Origin: Pecten maximus
Taxonomy: Eukaryota
NCBI RefSeq assembly: GCF_902652985.1
Contig: NC_047017.1
Coordinates: 48,980,001-49,044,000, forward strand
Length of the DNA: 64,000 nucleotides
Reading direction: 5' to 3'
Every line of letters starts with the position of its first letter. Position 1 is the first letter of the stretch. Made by a program: the position numbers and the translations under genes. Below, one piece after another: positions 38,954 to 53,144 of this stretch. The notes under the pieces are model-generated. The model had not been told where the DNA came from. It saw nothing but the letters and a program-made list of their open reading frames with translations, and made no database searches.

Positions 38954-39769
38954 CTTGTTAGGCATGTCTACATAGTGTTTATATTGTGTTACGCCAATAT
39001 ATCGCTCGAATCATATTTATCAAATCGTTACATTTGATTATCATTATTATTAAATCAGTTAGCTAAGTAAAACTTTGTTGGTGTTATCTTTTTATAATAT
39101 TCGGCAAAGATACCTAAATACAGTTACTAGATTGCTGTTCCACAGACGTAATCAGTCAGCTCCATCTCTCACTGAGGTTCCTAGCCTGGAATGGCCTAAC
39201 GGTGGTCAGTCGACATTGATCAGCCACATCAGTGTTATTCTGTGGATGGCTTCAGCCCCTATCTTGTCGTCTCTACCCTGGTAAAAATGTAAACTTTTAT
39301 ACATTTTACATCACTTACGAAACAAGTTATATCATCTTATGTTAATCACGCTTGTTGGGTCGGATGGAAACGAGCAAGGGTACTTTGGAGGAAAGAGGAG
39401 TACCTGGAAAACTTCATTGTGAACACCTCTGTTGTCTTGTGTCTCTTATTATTACTAAACTTTTTTGGTTTTAATGGCATTCTTACTCAAACAAACAGCA
39501 TCTCCCAATGCCTGCTGTAATATAGCTAACCGTGAATCGGAGTTTAAGGTTTTGGAAGTAGCTCCTGACCAGCCCTTTGATGTATTCTTGGATGTAATAG
39601 TTTTGGTGTTTTCGTCAATCAACTGATAGGGTATCTCGATCAGAAGGCAGAGACAATGTCCAGTCACACGACTGTGAGGTCATCATGGTTGATTATGGCC
39701 TCCTTGATGAGTTGAGTGATGACATTTGTGTACTGGGAATCCTGGTATCTCTCTCTACCGACCAGTCAA

Positions 39770-42700
39770 TCTGACATATTGAAGCACTTTTTCCCTATTG
39801 ATCAGACATTTTGAAGCACTTTGTCGCCATTAATCTGACATTTTAAAGCATTTTGTCCCTTTAATATGGCATTTTGAAGCCCCCTTGTCCCTATTACTCT
39901 GACATTTTGAAGCAATTTTTCCCTTTTGATTTAACATTTTGAAGCCCTTTGTCCATATTTATTTGACATCTTGAAGCACCTTTTCCCTATTTATTTGACA
40001 TTTTGAAGCACTTTTTCCCGATTACTCTGACATTTTGAAGCCCCTTTTCACTTTTAATTTGACATTTTGAAGTATTTTGTCCCTATTAATTTGACATTTT
40101 GAAGCCCATTTGTCCCTATTAATGTGTCATTTTGAAGCCCTTTGTCCCTATTTATTTGACGTTTTGAAGCACTTTGTCCCTATTAATGTGACATTTTGAA
40201 GCCCCTTTCTCCCTATTAATGTGACATTTTGAAGCCCCTTTCTCCCTATTAATGTGTCATTTTGAAGCCCTTTGTCCCTATTAATGTGACATTTTGAAGC
40301 CTCTTTCTCCCTATCAATGTGACATTTTGAAGCCCTTTCTCCCTATTAATGTGACATTTTGAAGCCCCTTTCTCCCTATCAATGTGTCATTTTGAAGCCC
40401 TTTCTCCCTATTAATGTGACATTTTGAAGCCCCTTTCTCCCTATCAATGTGACATTTTGAAGCCTCTTTCTCCCTATTAATGTGACATTTTGAAGCCCCT
40501 TCTCCCTATTAATGTGACATTTTGAAGCCCCTTTCTCCCTATCAATGTGTCATTTTGAAGCCCTTTGTCCCTATTTATTTGACATATTGAAGCACTTTGC
40601 CCCGATTTATTTGACATTTTGAAGCACTTTGTCCCTATTAATGTGACATTTTGAAGCCCCTTTCTCCCTATTAATGTGACATTTAGAAGCACTTTGTCCC
40701 GATTTATTTGACATATTGAAGCATTTTGTCCCGATTTATTTGACATTTTGAAGCCTCTTTCTCCCTATTAATGTGACATTTTGAAGCCTCTTTCTCCCTA
40801 TTAATGTGACATTTTGAAGCCTCTTTCTCCCTATTAATGTGACATTTTGAAGCCCCTTTCTCCCTATTAATGTGACATTTAGAAGCACTTTGTCCCGATT
40901 TATTTGACATATTGAAGCATTTTGTCCCTATTTATTTGACATTTTGAAGCACTTTGTCCCTATTAATGTGACATTTTGAAGCCCTTTGTCCCTATTAATG
41001 TGACATTTTGAAGCCTCTTTGTCCCTATTAATGTGACATTTAGAAGCACTTTGCCCCGATTTATTTGACATTTTGAAGCCCCTTTCTCCCTATTAATGTG
41101 ACATTTTGAAGCCCCTTTCTCCCTATTAATGTGACATTTAGAAGCACTTTGTCCCGATTTATTTGACATATTGAAGCACTTTGTCCCTATTAATGTGACA
41201 TTTTGAAGCCTCTTTCTCCCTATTAATGTGACATTTAGAAGCACTTTGTCCCGATTTATTTGACATTTAGAAGCACTTTGTCCCGATTTATTTGACATAT
41301 TGAAGCATTTTGTCCCGATTTATTTGACATTTTGAAGCCTCTTTCTCCCTATTAATGTGACATTTTGAAGCCTCTTTCTCCCTATTAATGTGACATTTTG
41401 AAGCCTCTTTCTCCCTATTAATGTGACATTTTGAAGCCCCTTTCTCCCTATTAATGTGACATTTAGAAGCACTTTGTCCCGATTTATTTGACATATTGAA
41501 GCATTTTGTCCCTATTTATTTGACATTTTGAAGCACTTTGTCCCTATTAATGTGACATTTTGAAGCCCTTTGTCCCTATTAATGTGACATTTTGAAGCCT
41601 CTTTCTCCCTATTAATGTGACATTTTGAAGCCTCTTTGTCCCTATTAATGTGACATTTAGAAGCACTTTGCCCCGATTTATTTGACATTTTGAAGCCCCT
41701 TTCTCCCTATTAATGTGACATTTTGAAGCCCCTTTCTCCCTATTAATGTGACATTTAGAAGCACTTTGTCCCGATTTATTTGACATTTTGAAGCACTTTC
41801 TCCCTATTAATGTGACATTTTGAAGCCTCTTTGTCCCTATTAATGTGACATTTAGAAGCACTTTGTCCCGATTTATTTGACATTTTGAAGCCTCTTTCTC
41901 CCTATTAATGTGACATTTTTGAAGCCTCTTTCTCCCTATTAATGTGACATTTAGAAGCACTTTGTCCCGATTTATTTGACATATTGAAGCATTTTGTCCC
42001 GATTTATTTGACATTTTGAAGCCTCTTTCTCCCTATTAATGTGACATTTTGAAGCCTCTTTCTCCCTATTAATGTGACATTTTGAAGCCCTTTGTCCCTA
42101 TTAATGTGACATTTTGAAGCCTCTTTCTCCCTATTAATGTGACATTTTGAAGCCTCTTTGTCCCTATTAATGTGACATTTAGAAGCACTTTGCCCCGATT
42201 TATTTGACATTTTGAAGCCCCTTTCTCCCTATTAATGTGACATTTTGAAGCCCCTTTCTCCCTATTAATGTGACATTTAGAAGCACTTTGTCCCGATTTA
42301 TTTGACATATTGAAGCACTTTGTCCCTATTAATGTGACATTTTGAAGCCCCTTTCTCCCTATTAATGTGACATTTTGAAGCCTCTTTGTCCCTATTAATG
42401 TGACATTTAGAAGCACTTTGTCCCGATTTATTTGACATTTTGAAGCCTCTTTCTCCCTATTAATGTGACATTTTTGAAGCCTCTTTCTCCCTATTAATGT
42501 GACATTTAGAAGCACTTTGTCCCGATTTATTTGACATATTGAAGCATTTTGTCCCGATTTATTTGACATTTTGAAGCCTCTTTCTCCCTATTAATGTGAC
42601 ATTTTGAAGCCTCTTTCTCCCTATTAATGTGACATTTAGAAGCACTTTGTCCCGATTTATTTGACATATTGAAGCATTTTGTCCCTATTTATTTGACATT

Positions 42701-43781
42701 TTGAAGCACTTTGTCCCTATTAATGTGACATTTTGAAGCCCTTTGTCCCTATTAATGTGACATTTTGAAGCCTCTTTCTCCCTATTAATGTGACATTTTG
42801 AAGCCTCTTTGTCCCTATTAATGTGACATTTAGAAGCACTTTGCCCCGATTTATTTGACATTTTGAAGCCCCTTTCTCCCTATTAATGTGACATTTTGAA
42901 GCCCCTTTCTCCCTATTAATGTGACATTTAGAAGCACTTTGTCCCGATTTATTTGACATATTGAAGCACTTTGTCCCTATTAATGTGACATTTTGAAGCC
43001 CCTTTCTCCCTATTAATGTGACATTTTGAAGCCTCTTTGTCCCTATTAATGTGACATTTAGAAGCACTTTGTCCCGATTTATTTGACATTTTGAAGCCTC
43101 TTTCTCCCTATTAATGTGACATTTTTGAAGCCTCTTTCTCCCTATTAATGTGACATTTAGAAGCACTTTGTCCCGATTTATTTGACATATTGAAGCATTT
43201 TGTCCCGATTTATTTGACATTTTGAAGCCTCTTTCTCCCTATTAATGTGACATTTTGAAGCCTCTTTCTCCCTATTAATGTGACATTTAGAAGCACTTTG
43301 TCCCGATTTATTTGACATATTGAAGCATTTTGTCCCGATTTATTTGACATTTTGAAGCCTCTTTCTCCCTATTAATGTGACATTTTGAAGCCTCTTTCTC
43401 CCTATTAATGTGACATTTTGAAGCACTTTGTCCCGAATTATTTGACATTTTGAAGCTCATTTGTCCCTATTAATATGACATTTTGAAGCCCTTTTTCCCG
43501 ATTTATTTGACATATTGAAGCACTTTGTCCCGATTTATTTGACATTTTGAAGCACTTTCTCCCTATTAATGTGACATTTAGAAGCACTTTGTCCCGATTT
43601 ATTTGACATTGAATCACTTTGTCCCGATTTATTTGACATTTTGAAGCCTCTTTCTCCCTATTAATGTGACATTTTTGAAGCCTCTTTCTCCCTATTAATG
43701 TGACATTTTGAAGCCCTTTTTCCCTATTTATTTGAAATTTTGAAGCACTTTGTCCCTATTTATTTGACATTTTGAAGCACT
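39770..43781. repeat. 32-33-bp satellite with higher-order structure
   Basis: Two monomer types: ccctattaatgtgacattttgaagcctctttct and cccgatttatttgacatattgaagcactttgt. Identical ORF-track translations recur at 584-bp and 651-bp offsets. Confidence 0.97.
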
Positions 43782-44974
43782 GTGTGAAAGTACCATATGT
43801 ATATCTCCTATCCGATAAGTCAAAAAGATTTCTTGAGTTATAATTACCACTCGGAGCGGAGCGGAAATTACAAGTCTAATTTTATTAGATTGACCATTAA
43901 ACATTATGTGATTGGTCAGGGGGTCAATGCCCTTCATCTAAATACCTAATTTGGTCACATTCTTGTTAGGTAGTGCCAATTTTTTTCACTAGTGTTAGGG
44001 AGCAGCGTAGTGACAGAATTTACTGTATAACTCTCGTGCCAAAAAGTAGAAAATCTTGTCTTTCACAGTGCGATATTCTATTAGCTATCTTAGGAAATTG
44101 GATACGTTGTTTTGCCAGAGCAACACCAAAATATGTCTTCGGTAGTGTTTTAATGACGGCCAGACTACCATACAGGACGACAGCCAGTCTCAAAGAGAGA
44201 AAACAATCCAAAGATGCAAAGAAAAGAACAATTGTAAATCGTATTGCAAACTCTGCATGAAAGACCTGAGCAAGCCGAACAGGAAATTAAAATTGCATAG
44301 CATATCCTATCTATAGCAAGCCAGCTTGTCAATTATTCATGGAGCAATGTTGATCTAGTTCTGAACCAAATCATATAAAATATTTCATTATATTTTCTTT
44401 AATAAATGTCTTATATAATTAATAAGATATCCCATAAATAATAGATGTAAGATACCTAGCATGATATATAAGAAATATCATTTAATTTCCTTTATAAGAT
44501 ACATTTTTTTTTGTATCTTGATTTGGTTAAGTACTGGATGAACATTTCTCCTTACCCACTTAGTGGTCTAATCCATGTACTTCTGAATCATGATTATATC
44601 CTCCATTTTAACATCGGTACACTCCATGTTCCCACACTCCAGTACATGGAGTTATGTGGTCATTTGACAAAATCTGTCTATAGAAAGGGATTAGCTGTGT
44701 AGTGGACTATGGGATTTATTATGTACTCTTAAACACTATTCTGAGTGGTGTTGATAAAAGTTAATCTAACAACAATTGTACAAATCATGCATGTGTTACA
44801 CGCTGTAGAGAGAGGGTCTGATGGCACCGTCATATCGAATAAAACAACTAGAAATATGCCCTCTAGTCCCGCTTCATGTCCGCCCTCCAAAATCCACCGT
44901 GACCACGTGTTACAGTTTGCACCTGTATAAGCATATTTTGCAAATACAGGGCACCCATTATTAATATAGGTAAG

Positions 44975-46080
44975 CCCAACAGCTCCGTAAACTGAACTTT
45001 ACGTCCAACAACTCCACAAACTAAACCTTACGTCCAACAGCTCCGTAAACTGAACTTTACGTCCAACAACTCCACATACTGAACCTTACGTCCAACAACT
45101 CCACAAACTGAACCTTATGTCCAACAACTCCACACACTGAACCTTAAGTCCAACAACTCCACAAACTAAACCTTACGTCCAACAACTCCACAAACTAAAC
45201 CTTATGTCCAACAGCTCCACAAACTGAACCTTACGTCCAACAACTCCACAAACTGAACCTTACGTCCAACAACTCCACAAACTGAACCTTACGTCCAACA
45301 GCTCCACAAACTAAACTTTACGTCCAACAACTCCACAAACTAAACCTTACGTCCAACAACTCCACAAACTAAACCTTACGTCCAACAACTCCACAAACTA
45401 AACCTTACGTCCAACAACTCCACAAACTAAACTTTACGTCCAACAACTCCACAAACTAAACCTTACGTCCAACAACTCCACAAACTAAACCTTACGTCCA
45501 ACAACTCCACAAACTAAACTTTACGTCCAACAACTCCACAAACTAAACCTTACGTCCAACAACTCCACAAACTAAACCTTACGTCCAACAACTCCACAAA
45601 CTAAACTTTACGTCCAACAACTCCACAAACTAAACCTTACGTCCAACAACTCCACAAACTAAACCTTACGTCCAACAGCTCCACAAACTGAACCTTACGT
45701 CCAACAACTCCACAAACTGAACCTTACGTCCAACAACTCCACAAACTGAACCTTACGTCCAACAGCTCCACAAACTAAACTTTACGTCCAACAACTCCAC
45801 AAACTAAACCTTACGTCCAACAACTCCACAAACTAAACCTTACGTCCAACAACTCCACAACCTAAACCTTACGTCCAACAACTCCACAAACTAAACCTTA
45901 CGTCCAACAACTCCACACACTGAACTTTACGTCCAACAACTCCACAAACTGAACCTTACGTCCAACAACTCCACAAACTGAACATTACGTCCAACAACTC
46001 CACAAACTAAACCTTACGTCCAACAACTCCACAAACTAAACTTTACGTCCAACAGCTCCACAAACTAAACCTTACTTCCA
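44975..46080. repeat. 29-bp satellite (ccaacaactccacaaactaaaccttacgt), about 38 copies
   Basis: Visible tandem units. Confidence 0.97.
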
Positions 46081-46391
46081 TCGAACTGCCATAAAGTGTT
46101 TAGAACCACTGCCATCGAACTGCCATAAATTGCAAATAGCGCAATGTAAGAAAAACTATTCTAGTTTTTCTGAAAGTGAAGTAGTTTTTACCGTTTTAAA
46201 TGCCCCCTTTTGACCTCATTAATGCAAAGAAATCTCCTCTTTTTTCAAATCATAAAGTTTCATGCCAGTTGTGTGAGGCAAATCACAAAATATGTTTTAA
46301 ACGCACCACATTAGTATCGGGAATCATGAATAAATTAAACTGAGTCAGTTTGATTTCAATTAAATGATAGCTGATATTTACACTATCATCA

Positions 46392-49300
46392 ATGTTATAA
46401 CTCAGTACATCACTGCTATAACTCATCGCATCACTGCTATAACTCATTATATCACTGTTATAACTCATTACATCACTGGTATAACTCATTACATCACTGT
46501 TATAACTCATTACATCACTGTTATAACTCATTACATCACTGGTATAACTCATTACATCACTGTTATAACCCATTACATCACTGTTATAACTCATTACATC
46601 ACTGTTATAACTCATTACATCACTGGTATAACTCATTACATCATTGTTATAACTCATTACATCACTGTTATAACTCATTACATCACTGGTATAACTCATT
46701 ACATCACTGTTATAACTCATTACATCACTGTTATAACTCATAACATCACTGTTATAACTCATTACATCACTGGTATAACTCATTACATCACTGTTATAAC
46801 TCATTACATCACTGTTATAACTCATTACATCACTGTTATAACTCATTGCATCACTGGTATAACTCATTACATCACTGTTATAACTCATTACATCACTGTT
46901 ATAACTCATTACATCACTGGTATAACTCATTACATCACTGGTATAACTCATTACATCACTGTTATAACTCATTACATCACTGGTATAACTCATTACATCA
47001 CTGTTATAACTCATTACATCACTGTTATAACTCATTACATCACTGTTATAACTCATTACATCACTGTTATAACTCATAACTCATAACATCACTGCTCTAA
47101 CTCATTACATCACTGTTATAACTCATTACATCACTGTTATAACTCATTGCATCACTAACTCATTACATCACTGTTATAACTCATTACATCACTGTTATAA
47201 CTCATTACATCACTGTTATAACTCATTACATCACTGTTATAACTCATTACATCACTGTTATAACTCATTACATCACTGTTATATCTCATTACATCACTGT
47301 TATAGGTCATTGCATCACTGCTATAACTCATTACATCACTGCTATAACTCATTACATCACTGTTATATCTCATTACATCACTGCTATAACTCATTGCATC
47401 ACTGCTATAACTCATTGCATCACTGCTATAACTCATTACATCACTGTTATAACTCATTACATCACTGCTATAACTCATTACATCACTGTTATAACTCATT
47501 ACATCACTGTTATAACTCATTACATCACTGCTATAACCCATTGCATCACTGTTATAACTCATTATATCACTGCTATAACTCAATGCATCACTGTTATAAC
47601 TCATTACATCACTGCTATAACTCATTACATCACTGTTATAACTCATTACATCACTGTTATAACTCATTACATCACTGCTATAACTCATTACATCACTGCT
47701 ATAACTCATTACATCACTGCTATAACTCATTGCATCACTGCTATAACTCATTGCATCACTGTTATAACTCATTATATCACTGCTATAACTCAATGCATCA
47801 CTGTTATAATTCATTACATCACTGTTATAACTCATTACATCACTGCTATAACTCATTATATCACTGTTATAACTCATTACATCACTGTTATAACTCATTA
47901 TATCACTGTTATAACTCATTACATCACTGGTATAACTCATTACATCACTGTTATAACTCATTACATCACTGGTATAACTCATTACATCACTGTTATAACT
48001 CATATCATCACTGTTATAACTCATTACATCACTGTTATAACTCATTGCATCACTGCTATAACTCATTACATCACTGCTATAACTCATTACATCACTGTTA
48101 TATCTCATTACATCACTGCTATAACTCATTGCATCACTGCTATAACTCATTGCATCACTGCTATAACTCATTACATCACTGTTATAACTCATTACATCAG
48201 TTATAACTCATAACATCACTGCTCTAACTCATTACATCACTGTTATAACTCATTACATCACTGTTATAACTCATTACATCACTGTTATAACTCATTACAT
48301 CACTGTTATAACTCATTACATCACTGTTATAACTCATTGTATCACTGATATAACTCATTACATCACTGTTATAACTCATTACATCACTGTTATAACTCAT
48401 TACATCACTGCTATAACTCATTGTATCACTGTTATAACTCATTACATCACTGGTATAACTCATTACATCACTGTTATAACTCATTACATCACTGTTATAA
48501 CTCATTGTATCACTGTTATAACTCATTACATCACTGTTATAACTCATTACATCACTGTTATAACTCATTACATCACTGCTATAACTCATTGTATCACTGT
48601 TATAACTCATTACATCACTGTTATAACTCATTACATCACTGTTATAACTCATTACATCACTGGTATAACTCATAACATCACTGCTCTAACTCATTGTATC
48701 ACTGTTATAACTCATTACATCACTGGTATAACTCATTACATCACTGTTATAACTCATTACATCACTGTTATAACTCATTACATCACTGTTATAACTCATT
48801 ACATCACTGTTATAACTCATTACATCACTGTTATAACTCATTACTTCACTGCTATACCTCATTACATCACTGTTATAACTCATTACAACACTGCTATAAC
48901 CCATTGCATCACTGTTATAACTCATTATATCACTGCTATAACTCAATGCATCACTGTTATAACTCATTACATCACTGCTATAACTCATAACATCACTGCT
49001 ATAACTCATTACATCACTGTTATAACTCATTACATCACTGCTATAACTCATTACATCACTGCTATAACTCATTACATCACTGCTATAACTCATTGCATCA
49101 CTGTTATAACTCATTATATCACTGCTATAACTCAATGCATCACTGTTATAATTCATTACATCACTGTTATAACTCATTACATCACTGCTATAACTCATTA
49201 TATCACTGTTATAACTCATTACATCACTGCTATAACTCATTATATCACTGTTATAACTCATTACATCACTGGTATAACTCATTACATCACTGTTATAACT

Positions 49301-49471
49301 CATTACATCACTGTTATAACTCATTACATCACTGTTATAACTCATTACATCACTGGTATAACTCATTACATCACTGTTATAACTCATTACATCACTGTTA
49401 TAACTCATTACATCACTGTTATAACTCATTACATCACTGGTATAACTCATTACATCACTGCTATAACTCAG
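46392..49471. repeat. 21-bp satellite (tataactcattacatcactgt), about 145 copies
   Basis: Visible tandem units; source of the SYNSDVM / HHCYNSL / ITHYITV pseudo-ORFs. Confidence 0.97.
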
Positions 49472-49715
49472 CATGGTATCTTCCGGAAACTTGTTAAGGT
49501 ACTTTAACCCGTTTCAAATGTACAAAATGCTTTCATAAATTCCCAATATCAGTTCCTAGTTCATTACATTGTATGAGACGTCAAAGTGATATGAATGTTA
49601 GAAATTAGCTGTGTAGCACGCACTGTTTCTATTGAAGGGAGGCCTAAAAACATCTTGCTAAAATCTTCAATACATATACAATGAATATAACCGTCCATCC
49701 GTCCGTCTGTATATA

Positions 49716-49910
49716 GGGCTGCGGTGGCCGAGTGGTTAAGGTGTCCCGACACTTTATCGCTAGCCTTCCACCTCTGGGTTGCGAGTTCGAAACCTACGTG
49801 TGGCAGTTGCCTGGTACTGACCGTAGGCCGGTGGTTTTTCTCAGGGTACTCCGGCTTTCCTCAACCACCAAAACCAGGCACGTCCTTAAATGACTGGCTG
49901 TTAAACAAAT
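49716..49910 (+). mobile_element. tRNA-derived SINE with V-domain-like core
   Basis: Pol III A box tggccgagtgg and B box gagttcgaaacc, then ggtttttctcagggtactccggctttcctc (V-SINE-like core) and a tail ggctgttaaacaaataa. Confidence 0.8.
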
Positions 49911-50143
49911 AAGCCAAAACGGTCTGTCTGTCCGGAATTACGGAAAATAGTAAGTCACCAACCAATTAAGTCGTATGGGGCAACAAAATATAGCTGAAAC
50001 GGTCAATGTTTCTGGTTGTTGTCAAATACTAATAAACTGTTGGAAGAAATCTTGAATTCCAAGCATCAAGATAGCAATGCATTGATCACAGCGGCACAGG
50101 GACAAGCACAGGCAGTGTATATTAGGGCCACAAACAACCCGTA

Positions 50144-50485
50144 GTATCTTGAACCTACAACTTGTAGTTTATTGTTCCGCTTTTTTCAATATCTTGTACG
50201 TACAACTTATGATATCAGTACGTACAACTTATAGTATCTTGTACGTACAACTTATAGTATCCTGTACGTACAACTTATAGTATCCTGTACGTACAACTTA
50301 TAGTATCCTGTACGTACAACTTATGATATCTTGTCACACAACTTATAGTATCCTGTACGTACAACTTATAGTATCTTGTACGTACAATTTATAGTATCCT
50401 GTACGTACAACTTATAATATCTTGTCACACAACTTATAATATCTTGTTATACAACTTAAATTATAGTATATTGTACGTACAACTT
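50144..50485. repeat. 23-bp minisatellite (gtacgtacaacttatagtatcct)
   Basis: Visible tandem units. Confidence 0.9.
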
Positions 50486-51369
50486 ATAATTATAGTATAT
50501 TGTATGAACATCTTGTAGAATATTGTATGTATACCTTGCAGTGTATTGTACGTGTACATGTACGTATAATTTATGATATCTCGTACAACTACAGTAAATC
50601 TTGAACAAACAAGATAGTGTCTGTACGTACAAAATAATACAACAGTGTGACGCAAACAGTACTGTATATCTGATAAAACTGAGGATCGACTTCTCCAGAA
50701 GTTCTTTAGAAATAAAAAAAATCGCATTTAATCGATGCCGATATATAATCCAGCAATTACACTAAAAATGTACACACCTGTATATAAATGTTTCATGGTG
50801 ATTTTGTTAATTAGAAAATGTATCAAGGGAAGTAACTCTTCTATTATTTTTGTTGCTTAAAGCACCTTGTACATAATGAATTGATTAATTATATATGTGC
50901 TTTGCAAACTTACGGAAAAAAATGGCCATTTTACCATTTCTATTTCCTGTACAACATCCAATGTAATGCCAGATGGTTAACCTATATAATGTATACCCGA
51001 GTAAAAATTCAAGGAAGTTTTTTGCTGTTATTATTTTTGTTCTCCGATTTCATTTCATATTATTCATACTGCTACCCTCCAATTTCCTGAATGCTGTTTA
51101 GAGTAACACTAAAGTGATAGCACATTATGAACATTACTGACATCACAATTAAAAAGTTACAATTTAACCCATTCCCCGCGAATAACTATATAGAGCTAGA
51201 CTATAACCCATAGTTTTACTATCATATCAGTCTCTGATCATATGCATAAAACGAAGGTGTAAATAAGGCTTTAACTTGAATAGCAGATATCAATATTATT
51301 ATAGTTCAACCTGTACATAAAGGACACTCACTGACAAAAAAAAGCCTTCCGTAGGCAGGTAGTCTCTAG

Positions 51370-52505
51370 CAGAGACATATATACAGAGAGATTGGCAGCT
51401 CTCTATTTGCCCTTGTGTTTACATAGTGGCCCCTGACCTTCCCACAATCCTTTGCGGTCGCTCGGTTCAGTCTTCACTAGACGCCATATTGGAGAAAACT
51501 TGAAAACCAGACACATAATTATCGATAATTTCTATTTGAAATCATCACCAAGATCCAATTATGTGCTTTAATTTTATTAATATCAAAGTGCAGAAGTGTC
51601 ATCAATATGAAATATATCACAATTTGCTGTCCAAGTGTTTGTATTTTTAGTATGAAAGTCAAGCACAACGCAGGAAAGATCGGCGGGAATCTCCAATTTT
51701 CGAAAAGTCCCTATGGGGTTTTCGAGAATACGGATAAATGACAACAATGTGCATGATAATCAAGACCACATTCCATAAGTATGATAGTTTTTGGTTAATG
51801 TGGTAACTTTTGTAGTTGCCTATATAAAACAATGTGCTTTTTGTGTGCGTTTAAAATTGATGATGTTTTGGTCTGACGTAATGGCTGCTTAATTACAAAC
51901 TTGGACATGTCGAATAGGACCCAATGGATTTTCGAAAATACGGATAAATGACAACAATATGCATGATCAATAAGACTATATCCCATAAGTTTGATAGTTT
52001 TTGGTTAATGTGGTAGCTTTTGTAGTGGCCAAAATAAAACGATGTGCTTTTTGTGTGCGTTTAAAATTGACGATGTTTTGGTCTGACGTAATGGCGGCTT
52101 AATTACAAACTTGGACATGTCGAATAGGACCCAATGGATTTTCGAAAATACGGATAAATGACAACAATATGCATGATCAATAAGACTATATCCCATAAGT
52201 TTGATAGTTTTTGGTTAATGTGGTAACTTTTGTAGTGGCCAAAATAAAACGATGTGCTTTCTGTGTGTATTTAAAATGACGATGTTTTGGTCTGACGTAA
52301 TGGCGGATTAACCAGAACATGTCGAATAAGTTCCAATACTACGATACACACATGGCATTAGCCCGATTTACCTGCGCTCGCGTGTGTTTGATAGGAGACA
52401 GGACGCTCTCGATAAGGGATATGCTTGAGTGGTCACGAATAAAGGGAGCCACTATGTGTACGGGGAAATAGCGATGTTACTAATCTCTCTGTATATATGT
52501 CTCTG
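51370..52505. mobile_element. Non-autonomous TIR DNA transposon, copy 2 (1136 bp, inverted relative to copy 1, one fewer 210-bp unit)
   Basis: TIR cagagacatatatacagagagat / atctctctgtatatatgtctctg. TSD tctctag at 51363-51369 and 52506-52512. Confidence 0.9.
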
Positions 52506-53144
52506 TCTCTAGGCCTATATAGAGGTATAAATGTATATAATTTATAGACGTCGTCATAGTCCTTAATATAAATAAATTGTGTACTTTTGATTTATTTAAA
52601 ACTTGTCAATGTCTCTAAATTTTAAAGCAGAATAATTGGTATCAATTAATGTTGGCTTATACAGTAGTTTAAGAATATAAATGTTTTCTCACGCCTGATT
52701 TAAATTCAGCACTTTAAATTATTGACATTTTCAATCTGGCTTACCACACTACATATTACTAAAGAAGTGATATAACAAGTCATTGAAGTACAGATGATGT
52801 ATGTGTTATACTTTTTAAAAGTTGAGTCTTTTGTTGGCTTCGGTTACATTTCCTCAGACATAGATTCTCGGCCTAGGCCTACCGTAACGTTACTGTACAG
52901 TACAGTAAGTCTCTGATTTCCTAGACCAAAGAGTGGTGAAATCTCAAACTTTACTTAGTTAAGTGTTTTAACTTTTAGATAAAGACAAAGCGAAAATAAA
53001 CAAATGTTGTAATTGTTACTATCAGCGACAAAACATGCCCTGCGTCCCTGTTAATAAATATTGGTTCGTGTAGCTGTCATCGTATCTCCGATATCTGCAG
53101 TAAAAATAATAGAGTTGTCTCCCTTGTATTGAAATCCTGAAAGT

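Noticed and set aside
39385-39415. Reverse-strand V-SINE core-like stretch (ggaggaaagaggagtacctggaaaac)
   Set aside because: Only about 25 bp of degenerate similarity.
40477-43220. KCHINREKEAS / NVTLIG repeat ORFs
   Set aside because: Translations of the 32-33-bp satellite with frequent frame switching.
46283-49497. Long ORFs (SYNSDVM, HHCYNSL, ITHYITV repeats) as genes
   Set aside because: Products of a 21-bp satellite that happens to be stop-free; broken by indels, with no signal peptide or unique domain.
49716-49810. tRNA gene
   Set aside because: A and B boxes are present, but no clean cloverleaf is evident and the sequence continues into a SINE core.
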